From Candidatus Obscuribacteraceae bacterium (GTDB lineage Bacteria; Cyanobacteriota; Vampirovibrionia; Obscuribacterales; Obscuribacteraceae), in NCBI GenBank assembly GCA_044226015.1, contig JBGAHS010000001.1:288001-352000 (forward strand): a stretch of DNA of 64,000 bases, read 5' to 3'. The notes beneath the pieces were generated by a model. It worked only from the letters and a program-made list of their open reading frames with translations, searched no databases and was not told the origin of the DNA. A program made the position numbers and the translations under genes. Positions 41,627 through 52,321 of the stretch are shown in pieces (the stretch's first letter is position 1; the number at the start of each line of letters is the position of its first letter).

Positions 41627-43609
41627 ATGCAGAAGAGAATCATACTCATACACGAAGACCCGAAAATTTGCGATAGCTTGAGACAGGCTTTTGTAAGTTA
41701 TGGATATGCAGTCACGCAGCTGCGTAAGACAGATGACGCTGTTGAATTGATTCAGGCAGAAAATCCAGATGCAATTATTGTTGCTCCGGAATTGATCAAA
41801 GACGACATCAAAGAACTGCTGGACAAATTGAATGGACGCAGAGCCGGTGAGGCCCCCGTAACCCTGGTGATGCCTGCGCCAACACAAGCCTCAACACCTG
41901 AGTCGGCCAAAGCTTCTGCACCAAATATAGAGGCAGCCGAAAAACTGAAGCAGTTCCAGAATCTATTTCTTGTTGTAAAAATCAAGTATGCCCGGAGTTT
42001 ACCCGCTAAGGTGGAAGAGCTCGGTAGGGACATCAGTTCATCGCGTGCTCAACCGGAAGAAGTTGAAGCGTTGGAGACAGTTCGTCAAGTTTCGCACAAG
42101 CTGGTCGGTACAGCTGGCTCTTATGGTTATGAAAAATTTGCGATGCTGATGCGAACCATAGAGCAGTTTTCAATTGAAATCGGAAAGACTGAAGTCGGCT
42201 CAGAGCAAATTCCCATTATGTGGAATACCATTGAAGAGAGTTTGCGTATGGCCATGGCCGAAGCTGAGCGCATCGCTCAAGAAGCTGCTGAAATGGAAGC
42301 CTCGAAACCTGTGGACGACAGCCGCCCACTCGGACCTGTCTTCGCAAGAGTTTTGATGGTTGATGAAGATGAGGCTTTTCTTGATGTTGTAGAGCACCTT
42401 GGTCGTCAAGCAAATGTTGCTGTTATCAAAGCCCCTAGCGATGGAGCCGCGATGAACGCTGCCTTGATGCATCAGCTGGATGCAGCAATAGTCGACGTGA
42501 AAGCCGACAATCCTGAAAAGGCGTTCAAGTTAGCAATTGATCTTCGCAGTCTGCCAGGATATGACACTTTGCCGCTGGCATTCATTTCTGCTGACGCTGG
42601 CATCAGACCTGCTGTTGAAGCAGCGCACGTCGGTGCCTCGCTGCATCTAGACAAGCCGCTTGATGCAACTGCTCTTGAAGCTGCAGTTCGACACCTGGTC
42701 GCTATCAGGCAAGGTGGTCGCCCTAAAGTTATGGTGGTCGATGACGACCCCGATTTCACTGCGAAAATTGCATTTGATTTGAGAAATGACAATTTGCTCG
42801 TGCGCACAGTGCACGATCCTCTGAAATTACTTGAAGCCTTGCAAGAATTTCCACCCGACGTAATGTTGCTCGATGTGATGATGCCTGGCATGAACGGTTT
42901 TGAAGTTTGCCAGATGCTTCGCGGAATGCCCAGATGGCGAGATTTGCCGATCATCTTTATCACTGCAGAAATACATATTGAGGCGAGAGTTAAGGCTTTC
43001 ACTTCCGGTGGTGATGATTATTTACCGAAGCCTGTGGTAACTGAGGAATTACTTGCTCGCGTGCGAGTTCGCCTTGAGAAGTCGCGCTTACTCAAAGAGC
43101 GTTCGGACAAAGACACGATTACCGGTTTGTTATTGCGTCGAGCATTCGTTGAGCAATTCAATGCGATGCTCGCAGACGTAGAACGCGCCAACTCTGTGAT
43201 GTCTATTTGCCTGATGGACGTTGACCATTTCAAAAAAGTCAACGACACTTACGGGCATATTGCTGGCGACCATGTTCTGGCTGGCTTCGGTGGATTGTTG
43301 CTTCGCCGCTTTCGAGTTGATGATTTGCGAGGACGTTGGGGCGGTGAAGAGTTCATCATCGCGTTCAGGCGTGAAAACAAAGAAACCATGAGGGCAGCAA
43401 TCAATCGAGTCCAGGAAGAGTTTTCGAAAATGGTTTTTGAAAGTGATGATTCCAGGCAGTTTAGTGTAACCTTCAGTGGTGGCGTTGCCAGTTATCCAGA
43501 TGATGGTAAAACCTTGCACGAGTTACTAACGGTGGCAGACAAACGACTTTATGACGCAAAACACGCTGGAAGACGCAGAATATTTATCGATGACAATGGA
43601 AAAGACTGA
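41627..43609 (+). CDS. Diguanylate cyclase: pseudoREC-HPt-REC-REC-GGDEF
   Basis: SHKLVG HPt, two intact RECs, DVDHFKKVND, RVDD I-site five residues before GGEEF. Confidence 0.92.
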   Translation: MQKRIILIHEDPKICDSLRQAFVSYGYAVTQLRKTDDAVELIQAENPDAIIVAPELIKDDIKELLDKLNGRRAGEAPVTLVMPAPTQASTPESAKASAPNIEAAEKLKQFQNLFLVVKIKYARSLPAKVEELGRDISSSRAQPEEVEALETVRQVSHKLVGTAGSYGYEKFAMLMRTIEQFSIEIGKTEVGSEQIPIMWNTIEESLRMAMAEAERIAQEAAEMEASKPVDDSRPLGPVFARVLMVDEDEAFLDVVEHLGRQANVAVIKAPSDGAAMNAALMHQLDAAIVDVKADNPEKAFKLAIDLRSLPGYDTLPLAFISADAGIRPAVEAAHVGASLHLDKPLDATALEAAVRHLVAIRQGGRPKVMVVDDDPDFTAKIAFDLRNDNLLVRTVHDPLKLLEALQEFPPDVMLLDVMMPGMNGFEVCQMLRGMPRWRDLPIIFITAEIHIEARVKAFTSGGDDYLPKPVVTEELLARVRVRLEKSRLLKERSDKDTITGLLLRRAFVEQFNAMLADVERANSVMSICLMDVDHFKKVNDTYGHIAGDHVLAGFGGLLLRRFRVDDLRGRWGGEEFIIAFRRENKETMRAAINRVQEEFSKMVFESDDSRQFSVTFSGGVASYPDDGKTLHELLTVADKRLYDAKHAGRRRIFIDDNGKD

Positions 43610-43610
43610 T

Positions 43611-44660
43611 ATGACTAGCACGGTTGATCAAAACACAGAGACATCAACAATCGCAAAAGACTCGAAGGCGAAGTCTGCCATAAAGCAAATCGTCGGAATT
43701 GGGTTAGCTGGCGCAATGCTCTGGTTTTGTTTTAAGGATGCAGATCTAAACAAACTTTGGCAGTATGCGAAAGAAGCTGACATGACATTCATGATTGCTA
43801 CTTGTGCCAATTCTATTTTCTCTCATGTTATTAGAGCCTGGCGTTGGACTATACTTCTGCAACCGCTATCAGAAAAGAAAATAAGTCTGTGGAATTCATT
43901 TTGTGCAGTGATGTATGGCTATGCGGTAAATGTGGCAATTCCCCGTGGGGGCGAGGTTGCCAGGCTGGTTTCAATCAGTAAAACCGAACACATTTCATGG
44001 GCCGGAGTTCTGCCCACTATGTTCATTGATCGCTTGCTTGATCTTGCGATGTTAGTATTGCTCATGGGGGTAACTTTGAGCAAATTGCCTCCGGGCATTC
44101 TTGACCCTCGCCTCACGGGGCCGCTAGGCATCTTCATGTGTGTAGCCACATTTGCAGGGCTGTTCGCACTTCCTTTTGTCGGAAAGATTGGGCGTTTTGT
44201 TCTCGATCTGCCATTTTTGAATTCGAAAATTCCAGCTGGTCTTCGAAGCAAACTAGATGCACTACTTGCCCAGTTTGATGCGGGAACCAGAAGTTTGACC
44301 AGTTTGCCAAAGCTACTGGTGATTGCGCTCTCTTCAATAGCAATCTGGGCTTGCTACTGGCTCAACGGTTACCTGATGATTTTTGCTTTTCATCTAGACA
44401 AACTTGTTGATATTGCAAAGACTCTGGTCATATTTACGATAAGCTCAGTCAGCGTATTAGTACCTACTCCCGGTAGCGCTGGAAGCTATCACATTCTTTC
44501 AAGTCAAACTTTGCAGAAGGTTGCAGGCGTTGACCCAGCGCAGGCGCTTGCCTACGCGACTGTGACTCATTTGATTTGTTTTGTCATTGTTGCCTGTTTG
44601 CCTGCAGGCATCTGTTTCATAATTCAGAATGCACAGAATTCTTCCAAAGCAGCTGAGTGA
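43611..44660 (+). CDS. Lysylphosphatidylglycerol synthase TM/UPF0104 flippase-like membrane protein
   Basis: IRAWRW, PRGGEVAR, IDRLLD, VPTPGSAGSYH; multiple TM helices. Confidence 0.88.
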   Translation: MTSTVDQNTETSTIAKDSKAKSAIKQIVGIGLAGAMLWFCFKDADLNKLWQYAKEADMTFMIATCANSIFSHVIRAWRWTILLQPLSEKKISLWNSFCAVMYGYAVNVAIPRGGEVARLVSISKTEHISWAGVLPTMFIDRLLDLAMLVLLMGVTLSKLPPGILDPRLTGPLGIFMCVATFAGLFALPFVGKIGRFVLDLPFLNSKIPAGLRSKLDALLAQFDAGTRSLTSLPKLLVIALSSIAIWACYWLNGYLMIFAFHLDKLVDIAKTLVIFTISSVSVLVPTPGSAGSYHILSSQTLQKVAGVDPAQALAYATVTHLICFVIVACLPAGICFIIQNAQNSSKAAE

Positions 44661-44664
44661 GCTT

Positions 44665-45741
44665 TTACTGGTCGTGCTTTTGTAATGACCAGCGAGAAAT
44701 GCTTGCGCCGCCGTTTATCATTGATTGCATTTGTTCGCCGAAGAAAACGTACGGGTGTATTTTGGGCAGTGCGCTAACCTCTTCAAGTTCGCTCTGCGCT
44801 TTTTCATCGAGCGAAAAATCGAGTGAGGAAATGTTGTCTTGCAGTTGATGCAGCTTCGTGGCTCCGATTATCGTTGAGCTGATGCCCGGTCGATTTGCGA
44901 CCCAGTTCAAAGCGACTTGGGCGGCCGATTTGTTTAAGCGTTTTGCGTTCTCGCTTAGCGCATCAACAATCTTCCAGTTGCGCTCTGTGAATAGTTTGTC
45001 GAAACTTTCGTTGCCTGCATCTTTTACGGCACCAAGCCTGCCTTGCTTGCCCACGTCATCTCTTTTATATTTTCCTGTGAGCATGCCGCTTGCAAGAGGG
45101 CTCCACGGGCAGATTCCAACTCCCAGCTCATTGGCTGCTTCAACGAATTCGTATTCAATGCTTCTTTCGACAAGAGAATATTCAAGCTGCAACGAAATGG
45201 GTCCGTGTAATGAACGAGCTTGAGCCAGGGTTTGCATCTTCGCAATGTACCAGGATGGCACATCAGAGAGCCCGAAATATCTGATTTTTCCAGCGCGAAC
45301 CAGGTCATTCAATGTTAGTAGAACTTCTTCTACAGGAGTTGCGCGGTCCCACGCGTGCAACCAATACAGGTCGATGTAATCGGTTTGCAGTCGCTTTAGC
45401 GAAGCTTCCAGAGCGCGGTAAATATTTTTGCTGCCGTTGCCTCCAGCATTGGGATTCTTAGCCTGGGCGCTGAATGTAAACTTTGTCGCGAGCACCAACT
45501 GATCTCTGAGTTTCTTTTCTCTGGTGAATTTGCCTACCATTTCCTCGCTTTTGCCGTTTGTGTAGCCATCTGCAGTATCTATGAAGTTACCGCCTGCATT
45601 GACGTAAGCCGAAAATACTTCGTCCGCGGTAGATTCTGAACTGCCCCAGCCCCAGTCCTCACCAAATGTCATAGTTCCGAGGCAGAGAGGGCTGACTTTC
45701 AATCCTGAGCGACCTAATGTTCTGTACTTGCTCAATTGCAT
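44665..45741 (-). CDS. Aldo/keto reductase
   Basis: LGRSGLKVSPLCLGTMTFG, FIDTADGY, LATK, DLYWLH, WSPLASG. Confidence 0.95.
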   Translation of the reverse strand: MQLSKYRTLGRSGLKVSPLCLGTMTFGEDWGWGSSESTADEVFSAYVNAGGNFIDTADGYTNGKSEEMVGKFTREKKLRDQLVLATKFTFSAQAKNPNAGGNGSKNIYRALEASLKRLQTDYIDLYWLHAWDRATPVEEVLLTLNDLVRAGKIRYFGLSDVPSWYIAKMQTLAQARSLHGPISLQLEYSLVERSIEYEFVEAANELGVGICPWSPLASGMLTGKYKRDDVGKQGRLGAVKDAGNESFDKLFTERNWKIVDALSENAKRLNKSAAQVALNWVANRPGISSTIIGATKLHQLQDNISSLDFSLDEKAQSELEEVSALPKIHPYVFFGEQMQSMINGGASISRWSLQKHDQ

Positions 45742-46111
45742 GGGTTCTCTCCTAAGCATTGTGTCTGACTGTAATCTGCAGAGAATGCGCAAGTCTAGCA
45801 CTAAATTATTGAATCTCGACTTCTTTGATTACTCATACGAAACATTCGTGTTGCGTTTATTGAGAATGCTCTGTGTAAGGCGTAACAGAACATCGTTGAT
45901 CTAATCTTTGACTGATACTAAATGTGGTGCAGTTCGATTGCAAGTAAATGACGCTCTGTCCGCATATCGAACGCAAATGGCTTGAAAACTTATTCCTTAA
46001 CAATATGACATCTCGCGCTGCCAAGCTGGTAAATTATTAGCCACAATGCCTAACGCGACTTTCTTGCGGGTTACCAGGCGTTGTTTTAGAAGCTCAGCAA
46101 CACCGGATTCC

Positions 46112-47038
46112 ATGGTTAGACGCATAATTCATGACAACGATGGTCATGTAGATGACATTTTAAGCGCGCTCTTAATGTGGCTGTCGCCTGAGATTTCTAT
46201 GCAAGCAATTACAGTAACTGATGGTGATTGTTTTGCGATGCAGTCTTTTGAGTCCATGGTAAAGATTGCAACCTATCTTGATCTCGAAGGTGCCGAAATT
46301 GGTCTTAGCGAAGACCCCTGTCCCAATCCATTTCCAGATAACTGGCGCAGAGAGAGCTACATCATAAATGAGCTTCCCCTTTTTTCTGACAATGATTTGA
46401 AGTCGCCCTATCAAAGCTTTCGTCCTAGAAAATCACAAACCCTCATCACCGATATCTTAGCTAACTCAAAACAACCTGTGACGCTTGTTTGCACAGGACC
46501 ACTGACTAATGTGGCTCCGGTGTTTGAAGCCAGACCTGATCTCAAGTCGAAAGTTGAACATGTCTACATCATGGGCGGTGCCGTCTGGGTGCCCGGAAAT
46601 GTTGAAATGCCTGAGCACGATGGAAGTGCTGAGTGGAATTTTTACGCAGACCCACCCGCAGCAAAAAAGTTCATTGATACAGGCTTGCCCATCACATTGA
46701 TACCACTCGATGTTACCAACAACGTACCGGTAACTCGTGAGTTTCTACTGAAACTTGATGCGCAAGCTGAATACAGTAAGGCTTCTCAACTTGCTGCTCG
46801 ACTTTTTTCTCTGGTAAAAGGGTTCAATTATTATTTTTGGGATACACTCACGGCAGCAGCAGTTTTGAAACCAAATCTATTTACTTTCAAAGATCAGCGT
46901 GTAGATGTGGTGGCAAGCGGCAAAAGTCAGGGACGAACTCAAACTACCATGTTTGCTGGCAAGAAAATCAAAGTTGCAACTGCTGTTCAGGTTGAGCCTT
47001 TTGAACAAATGGTTCTGGAAATACTCGGAAGGAAGTAG
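46112..47038 (+). CDS. Nucleoside hydrolase, probably purine-preferring (IAG-NH-like)
   Basis: HDNDGHVDD, TGPLTN, IMGG, AEWNFYADP, PLDVT; YYFWD has Trp where IU-NH has His. Confidence 0.88.
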   Translation: MVRRIIHDNDGHVDDILSALLMWLSPEISMQAITVTDGDCFAMQSFESMVKIATYLDLEGAEIGLSEDPCPNPFPDNWRRESYIINELPLFSDNDLKSPYQSFRPRKSQTLITDILANSKQPVTLVCTGPLTNVAPVFEARPDLKSKVEHVYIMGGAVWVPGNVEMPEHDGSAEWNFYADPPAAKKFIDTGLPITLIPLDVTNNVPVTREFLLKLDAQAEYSKASQLAARLFSLVKGFNYYFWDTLTAAAVLKPNLFTFKDQRVDVVASGKSQGRTQTTMFAGKKIKVATAVQVEPFEQMVLEILGRK

Positions 47039-47046
47039 GACAAGCT

Positions 47047-47940
47047 GTGCCTTTTGAACTGTATCTAACTCGCTCGTTTGTCCCCGTCATTGAACGAACT
47101 CTAGAGTCTGAGCTTCCCCCATTGACGAGAGAAGAATTTGAGCTCTTAATGGATGGAGCTCCTTTGCGTTCTACGATGGAAGACGGTACGAGATGGTTCT
47201 GGCATCCATCCGGGGTTCCGTGGATGAGCGTACAGTTTCATGAGCCATCCAAAGAACACACTTATATTTCGCTTTCAATAAGTTATTCGCACAATCAGTT
47301 TCTGAAAGTATGGGCTTCAGCTTTTGAGCTAGCTCTTCGAATGGCTAAGAGTGTTCAAGCAAGAATTTTCGAAGATTCTAACTTCTATGAAGTTGATGCT
47401 GAGCGGATACAAGAATTGTTGGCACCTGACGGTGACTTCGTTTCTGAGCAGGCAAAGTTCTGGGAGCAGAATGTGACCTTGATAAATTCACAAATGAAGG
47501 CTCCTCTAGAATACCCAATTGCAAAACATGATGCGGTTACCGATTACTTTGTTTTATTTCTAGAGCCGGAGAAAAAACTCTCGACTGAAGAGTTAGCAAA
47601 AAAGCTGAATCTGAATATCTCTGTTGGTTCACTTTCGTCGGACAGATTTGCCGTAGAAGATCCAAAAGATGGAAGTGTCCTCAGCCGCGCTTTGATTCGT
47701 CCTAACGATAGCGCCTGGCAAATATGGCCATTTTACTGGATGGAACCGTTCTCTCGCGTTGCGAAGGAAACGCTGGAACTTGCAAGCAAACTGCACGCGG
47801 AACTGGGTGGGTCCTTATTCTTCAGAGAGCAGCCCTTAACGAGCGAATTGAAGAACGAAATTTGCGATCATATAGATGGGCTTGGAGTCGAATTCTTTTT
47901 GTGGTGGCAAGAGCGCCAAAAAATTACTTCGAAATCATAA
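47047..47940 (+). CDS. Hypothetical protein, co-transcribed with the nucleoside hydrolase
   Basis: 297-aa ORF, AGGA RBS, 8 bp downstream. Confidence 0.65.
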   Translation: MPFELYLTRSFVPVIERTLESELPPLTREEFELLMDGAPLRSTMEDGTRWFWHPSGVPWMSVQFHEPSKEHTYISLSISYSHNQFLKVWASAFELALRMAKSVQARIFEDSNFYEVDAERIQELLAPDGDFVSEQAKFWEQNVTLINSQMKAPLEYPIAKHDAVTDYFVLFLEPEKKLSTEELAKKLNLNISVGSLSSDRFAVEDPKDGSVLSRALIRPNDSAWQIWPFYWMEPFSRVAKETLELASKLHAELGGSLFFREQPLTSELKNEICDHIDGLGVEFFLWWQERQKITSKS

Positions 47941-48232
47941 TTGGAAATCGCTGTCCAAAATCTTTCTCGTCTGTATACACCCACACAGACAGGAGAAAGG
48001 CGCAAGTTGTCGCCAAAATTGCATACGTTTTTTGCAGCCCGCATGATTAGTGCGGGCTAAGCGGCTTTAGTAATTTCCGCACTTATATCGCTTTCTTAAA
48101 AATTCAACTCATAGACAGTGCATATGGGTTGAGTTTACATTCGCAATGTTAAGGGATTTATACAGCGCAAGCAAACACCGACCACCGCAGAATCTTGCGG
48201 TGTCTAGCTTGGCGCATGGCGGGGATAGCAGC

Positions 48233-50026
48233 ATGGAAAAACCGACAGATCTTCAGCTTGCGAAGTTTGATAGCAACGCAGGACAACGCAGTGAGCATGA
48301 CGCTCTAATCAACAAAGTAGCCATGGAAATGGCCGGCGGAGACAGCAAAGATCTTATGAGCTTTAACAAAGCTCCAGAAAATACACTGACCCGCTATGGA
48401 ATGGCTACAACTCAGGGACTTCTCAAAGTACCTGAAGGAGTGTTCAATGCGGTAAAGCAGAATGTCCAAAACCCAATTCAAGCACTCGAGACTGTCGGTA
48501 TGGGTGCCGGCATGGCAGTGGTACTGAAAACGGTGCTTCCTGAGGGGGGACCCGCCGGAAAGTTGGCAGCCGGTGCCATTGGCGCGTACCTTACTTACAA
48601 GGCTGCTGAGCCTATAGTTGATGGCTTCAAACAAGCCGGTGCTGCAAGCACAATGAAAGAAATGGCAAGCGCTTCTGACCAAATCGGCAATGCTGGTGGT
48701 GCCTTCATTGTTGATTCAGCTCTTGCTTTTGGTGGCTATAAGCTTGGTGCTCGCTTGAGTGATAGAGCCTTTTCGACTTCTCTAGGCAAGTCGTTTACAG
48801 AAGCCAAAAATGGAATGTACGACAATATAGGTAACAAGGTTTCTGACGCTTTAGGAGTAACTTCAGGCAATACTGTCGTGACCCCATTTGGTCCGCGCAG
48901 TCTTGCACGCAACTTCACCCCAAGCGGATATGGTGTGATTCCTCCATACATGTTGCAAGAATTGTCAGTTCGAAATCCAGGAGTCGATGCATTCGCAAAG
49001 ACTCACAACGCAACTATCGATATGCAGACCAAGCCAGGTCAATTCAAGCCAAATGCTGCCGGAGCTGATGCTGCTGCACCAGCGGTGCGTGAAGTGTACG
49101 ACGCGAAGGGTCGTGAAACGCAGCCAGGAACCAAAGCGCGTTTTGAGGGTGAGAAACCCACAGGCAATGTAGAGGTTGATAACGGCTACGATTACACAGG
49201 ATTTGTTCGTGACTTTTACGCGAAGGAATACGGACGCAATTCGATTGATGGAAAAGGCATGAAGTATGTCTCTACTGTAAATTATGGTCAAAACTATGAA
49301 AATGCGTTCTGGGACGGCAAGCAAATGACATACGGTCATCCTAGCGCTAACAGTCCATTCCGCACATTCGTTATTCTCGATGTGGCCGGTCACGAAATCA
49401 CACATGGTGTTACCGAAATGGAGTCTGGAATGAGATATTTCGGACAATCTGGCGCCTTGAACGAGCACCTTTCTGATGTTTTTGGTGTGATGATTGAGCA
49501 GTATTCGAAGGGGCACACAGCAGATAAAGCTAACTGGATTGTTGGCGAAAAAATTTGGAAAGATAACATCAATGGACGCGGTCTTCGTGACATGAGAAAT
49601 CCGGGAACTGCCTATGATGATCCGGCTATAGGCAAAGACCCACAACCTGCGCACATGAATGACTACTACAAAACCTGGGGTGACAACGGTGGTGTTCACT
49701 ACAATTCAGGTATTCCAAACAAGGCTTTTGCTACATTTGCAATTGATGTAGGTGGAAACGCATGGGATGCACCAGGACATATCTGGTTTGAAGCTCGCAA
49801 AAATGCAGGTAGCAATCCTAGCTTTGGTTCATTCGCTGCACACACGGTTGAAGCTGCGAAGAAACTAGGCCACACTGAACTTGTTCCAAAACTGGAAAAA
49901 GCCTGGAACGATGTTGGTGTCAAACCAGACATCAACGCTACCGACACGACAACTCCAGGTGGAGGTCGTGGTGGTGATGACGACAATGTAGGTTTCATGC
50001 GTCGTCTATTCAAGAAAGCTAGCTAG
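48233..50026 (+). CDS. Protealysin-like M4 zinc metalloprotease with conserved N-terminal module
   Basis: GVIPPYML propeptide motif, NAFWDG, HEITH, GALNEHLSD, DNGGVHYNSGIPN; start at MEKP after a GGGGA RBS. Confidence 0.93.
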   Translation: MEKPTDLQLAKFDSNAGQRSEHDALINKVAMEMAGGDSKDLMSFNKAPENTLTRYGMATTQGLLKVPEGVFNAVKQNVQNPIQALETVGMGAGMAVVLKTVLPEGGPAGKLAAGAIGAYLTYKAAEPIVDGFKQAGAASTMKEMASASDQIGNAGGAFIVDSALAFGGYKLGARLSDRAFSTSLGKSFTEAKNGMYDNIGNKVSDALGVTSGNTVVTPFGPRSLARNFTPSGYGVIPPYMLQELSVRNPGVDAFAKTHNATIDMQTKPGQFKPNAAGADAAAPAVREVYDAKGRETQPGTKARFEGEKPTGNVEVDNGYDYTGFVRDFYAKEYGRNSIDGKGMKYVSTVNYGQNYENAFWDGKQMTYGHPSANSPFRTFVILDVAGHEITHGVTEMESGMRYFGQSGALNEHLSDVFGVMIEQYSKGHTADKANWIVGEKIWKDNINGRGLRDMRNPGTAYDDPAIGKDPQPAHMNDYYKTWGDNGGVHYNSGIPNKAFATFAIDVGGNAWDAPGHIWFEARKNAGSNPSFGSFAAHTVEAAKKLGHTELVPKLEKAWNDVGVKPDINATDTTTPGGGRGGDDDNVGFMRRLFKKAS

Positions 50027-50080
50027 CTTGGGCAGGACTACAAATCGGTTGGCAGAGACTGATTTGTGAAAGAGAGTCCG

Positions 50081-50117
50081 GAAGGCGCTGTTGTGGTGAC
50101 GGCGCCTTCTTCATTTA
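50081..50117 (+). terminator. Probable intrinsic terminator
   Basis: GAAGGCGCTGTT-gtggt-GACGGCGCCTTC-TTCATTT. Confidence 0.6.
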
Positions 50118-50572
50118 TAAAGAAGAACTTTCTACAGATTTGAGGAATTTTCCTGTTTGAGAAAGCATGATGAAAGGCAGACCACTTAGTATCCAGTTAT
50201 TGATTCCCATTCGATAGCCAAAAAAACGCAGATTCGATGAGGGTCTTTTGAGCCAGATAAAATGAGTGTTGCTTCATTTAGAGCAAACGTCAGTTGTAAA
50301 TACAAAATGGATCATCTATCCAGATCCGATCGATCTTTGGACAATTCTTAAAGCACTTAAATCCAGTTCTGATGCGGATCTTAACGCACGCTCATTCAGC
50401 GTGTATATCTGGCGTATTTACCGCACTGATCATGGAAACCTTAAAATCCGCACAATGGACAGTTGATTTGAGTTGAATTACAGTCAGATTGTTAAGGGAT
50501 TGTTTACAGCCATGTAACGGAGATGCACTGCCGAGAGCGCGGTGGTCTAGTGCTGTATTAGGGGATATGAAA

Positions 50573-52321
50573 ATGGAAAATTCGAAAGAGCTTCTTCTGA
50601 AGCATGAAGATACCAAAGGCGCAAATTCAAATGACGATGCTCTGATCAATAAAGTCGCTATGGAGATGATGGGCGGTAGCAGCAGCAACAAAGACCTGAT
50701 GTCTTTCCAGAAAGCTCCAGAAAGTTTGATTGCAAGATATGGCAATGTAACATTGAACGGATTGGGCTATGTACCTGAAGGCGTAGTCAATGCTGTGAAG
50801 GAAAATGTAAATCATCCAGGCAAGGCACTCGCAACGTTAGGCATGGGTGCTGGAATGGCAGTGGTACTGAAGACGGTGCTGCCAGAATCAGGACCTGCAG
50901 GCAAGATTGCCGGAGCAGCACTTGGCGCATACTTTACATACAAAGCTGCTGAGCCAATCATCGATGGATACAAACAAGCAACTCACGCTACTACCATGGC
51001 TCAACTCGACCACGCATCGCGACAAATTGGTAATGCTGGCGGTACCTTTATAGTTGATTCGGCAATTGCCGCAGTCGGTTACAAAGGCGGCGCAGCTCTG
51101 GCCGACAGAGCACTCGCAATGCCAGCCGCGACAGGTTTCAAAATTGCAAGAGAAAACTTCTATGACAACATGGGTGCTCGATTGAACCACTCTCTGGGAA
51201 TCACTTCCGAGTCAGCATTTGTCAAACCGGAAATGCAGGGTGTAGTTCCTCCCTACATGTTGGATGAACTGGCAAAGCGCAATCCCGGAAATTCAGACTT
51301 CCTCAAGACACGTAATCAGACTCTGGAAATGCAAACCAAGGGACACCACGGTCCAAACCAGCCACGAGCCGGACAAGACTTTAAGGGTGCTCGCGAAGTG
51401 TATGATGCGGGCGGTCAGGAAGTTCAACCAGGTACTAAGGTTCGCTTTGAAGGAGAGAAGCCTTCCGGCAATGTGGATGCTGACAAAGTTTATGAATACA
51501 CTGGTCAGATTCGTGAGTTCTACGAAAAAGTTCATGGAAGAAATTCCATTGACGGCAAGGGTATGAAGATGGTTTCGACCGTCAACTACGGCGAAAACTT
51601 CGAGAATGCTTTCTGGGATGGCAAGCAAATGACTTATGGTCGCCCAGGTGAAAATAGCCCCTTCAAGAGCTTCATCTTGCGTGATGTTACCGGGCATGAA
51701 ATCACCCACGGTATCACTGAAATGGAAGCTAACGAAAAGTATTATGGTCAATCTGGTGCATTGAACGAAAGTAACTCTGATATCTATGGCGCGCTGGTAG
51801 ATCAGTACGTCAAAGGTCAGACTGCAGACAAGGCTTCCTGGTTGGTTGGCGAAGGCATATGGAAAGAAAACGTCAAAGGACGTGCATTGCGTGACATGTT
51901 GAATCCAGGTACCGCATACAATGACGCTGCGGTTGGTAAAGACCCACAACCAGCTCACATGGACAAATACGTCAAGACCTGGGGCGACAATGGTGGCGTA
52001 CACATCAACTCTGGTATCCCGAATAAAGCATTTGCTACATTTGCACAATCGGTCGGTGGCAACGCGTGGGAAGCACCAGGGCACATCTGGTTTGAAGCTA
52101 GAAAAGCTGCCGGCAGTAATCCAAGCTTCTCATCATTTGCTGCTCATACGCTCGAAGCTGCAGGCAAGTTGCCTAACGCTGGTGAAGTTGTTCCAAAACT
52201 ACAAGCGGCATGGAAGGGCGTTGGAGTTGTTCCAAATATCAACGCAGTAGACACCATCTCTCCAGGAGCTACCGAAGGTGCCTTGAGCTTCATCGGCAAG
52301 TGGTTCAAGAAAGCTAGCTAA
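50573..52321 (+). CDS. Second protealysin-like M4 metalloprotease with the same N-terminal module
   Basis: GVVPPYML, NAFWDG, HEITH, GALNESNSD, DNGGVHINSGIPN; start at MENS (or 50567). Confidence 0.93.
   Translation: MENSKELLLKHEDTKGANSNDDALINKVAMEMMGGSSSNKDLMSFQKAPESLIARYGNVTLNGLGYVPEGVVNAVKENVNHPGKALATLGMGAGMAVVLKTVLPESGPAGKIAGAALGAYFTYKAAEPIIDGYKQATHATTMAQLDHASRQIGNAGGTFIVDSAIAAVGYKGGAALADRALAMPAATGFKIARENFYDNMGARLNHSLGITSESAFVKPEMQGVVPPYMLDELAKRNPGNSDFLKTRNQTLEMQTKGHHGPNQPRAGQDFKGAREVYDAGGQEVQPGTKVRFEGEKPSGNVDADKVYEYTGQIREFYEKVHGRNSIDGKGMKMVSTVNYGENFENAFWDGKQMTYGRPGENSPFKSFILRDVTGHEITHGITEMEANEKYYGQSGALNESNSDIYGALVDQYVKGQTADKASWLVGEGIWKENVKGRALRDMLNPGTAYNDAAVGKDPQPAHMDKYVKTWGDNGGVHINSGIPNKAFATFAQSVGGNAWEAPGHIWFEARKAAGSNPSFSSFAAHTLEAAGKLPNAGEVVPKLQAAWKGVGVVPNINAVDTISPGATEGALSFIGKWFKKAS

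Noticed and set aside
48146..48232. MLRD... N-terminal extensions of the M4 proteases (also 50489-50566)
   Set aside because: Conservation is at nucleotide and hairpin level with indels, and a good RBS precedes the downstream ATG.
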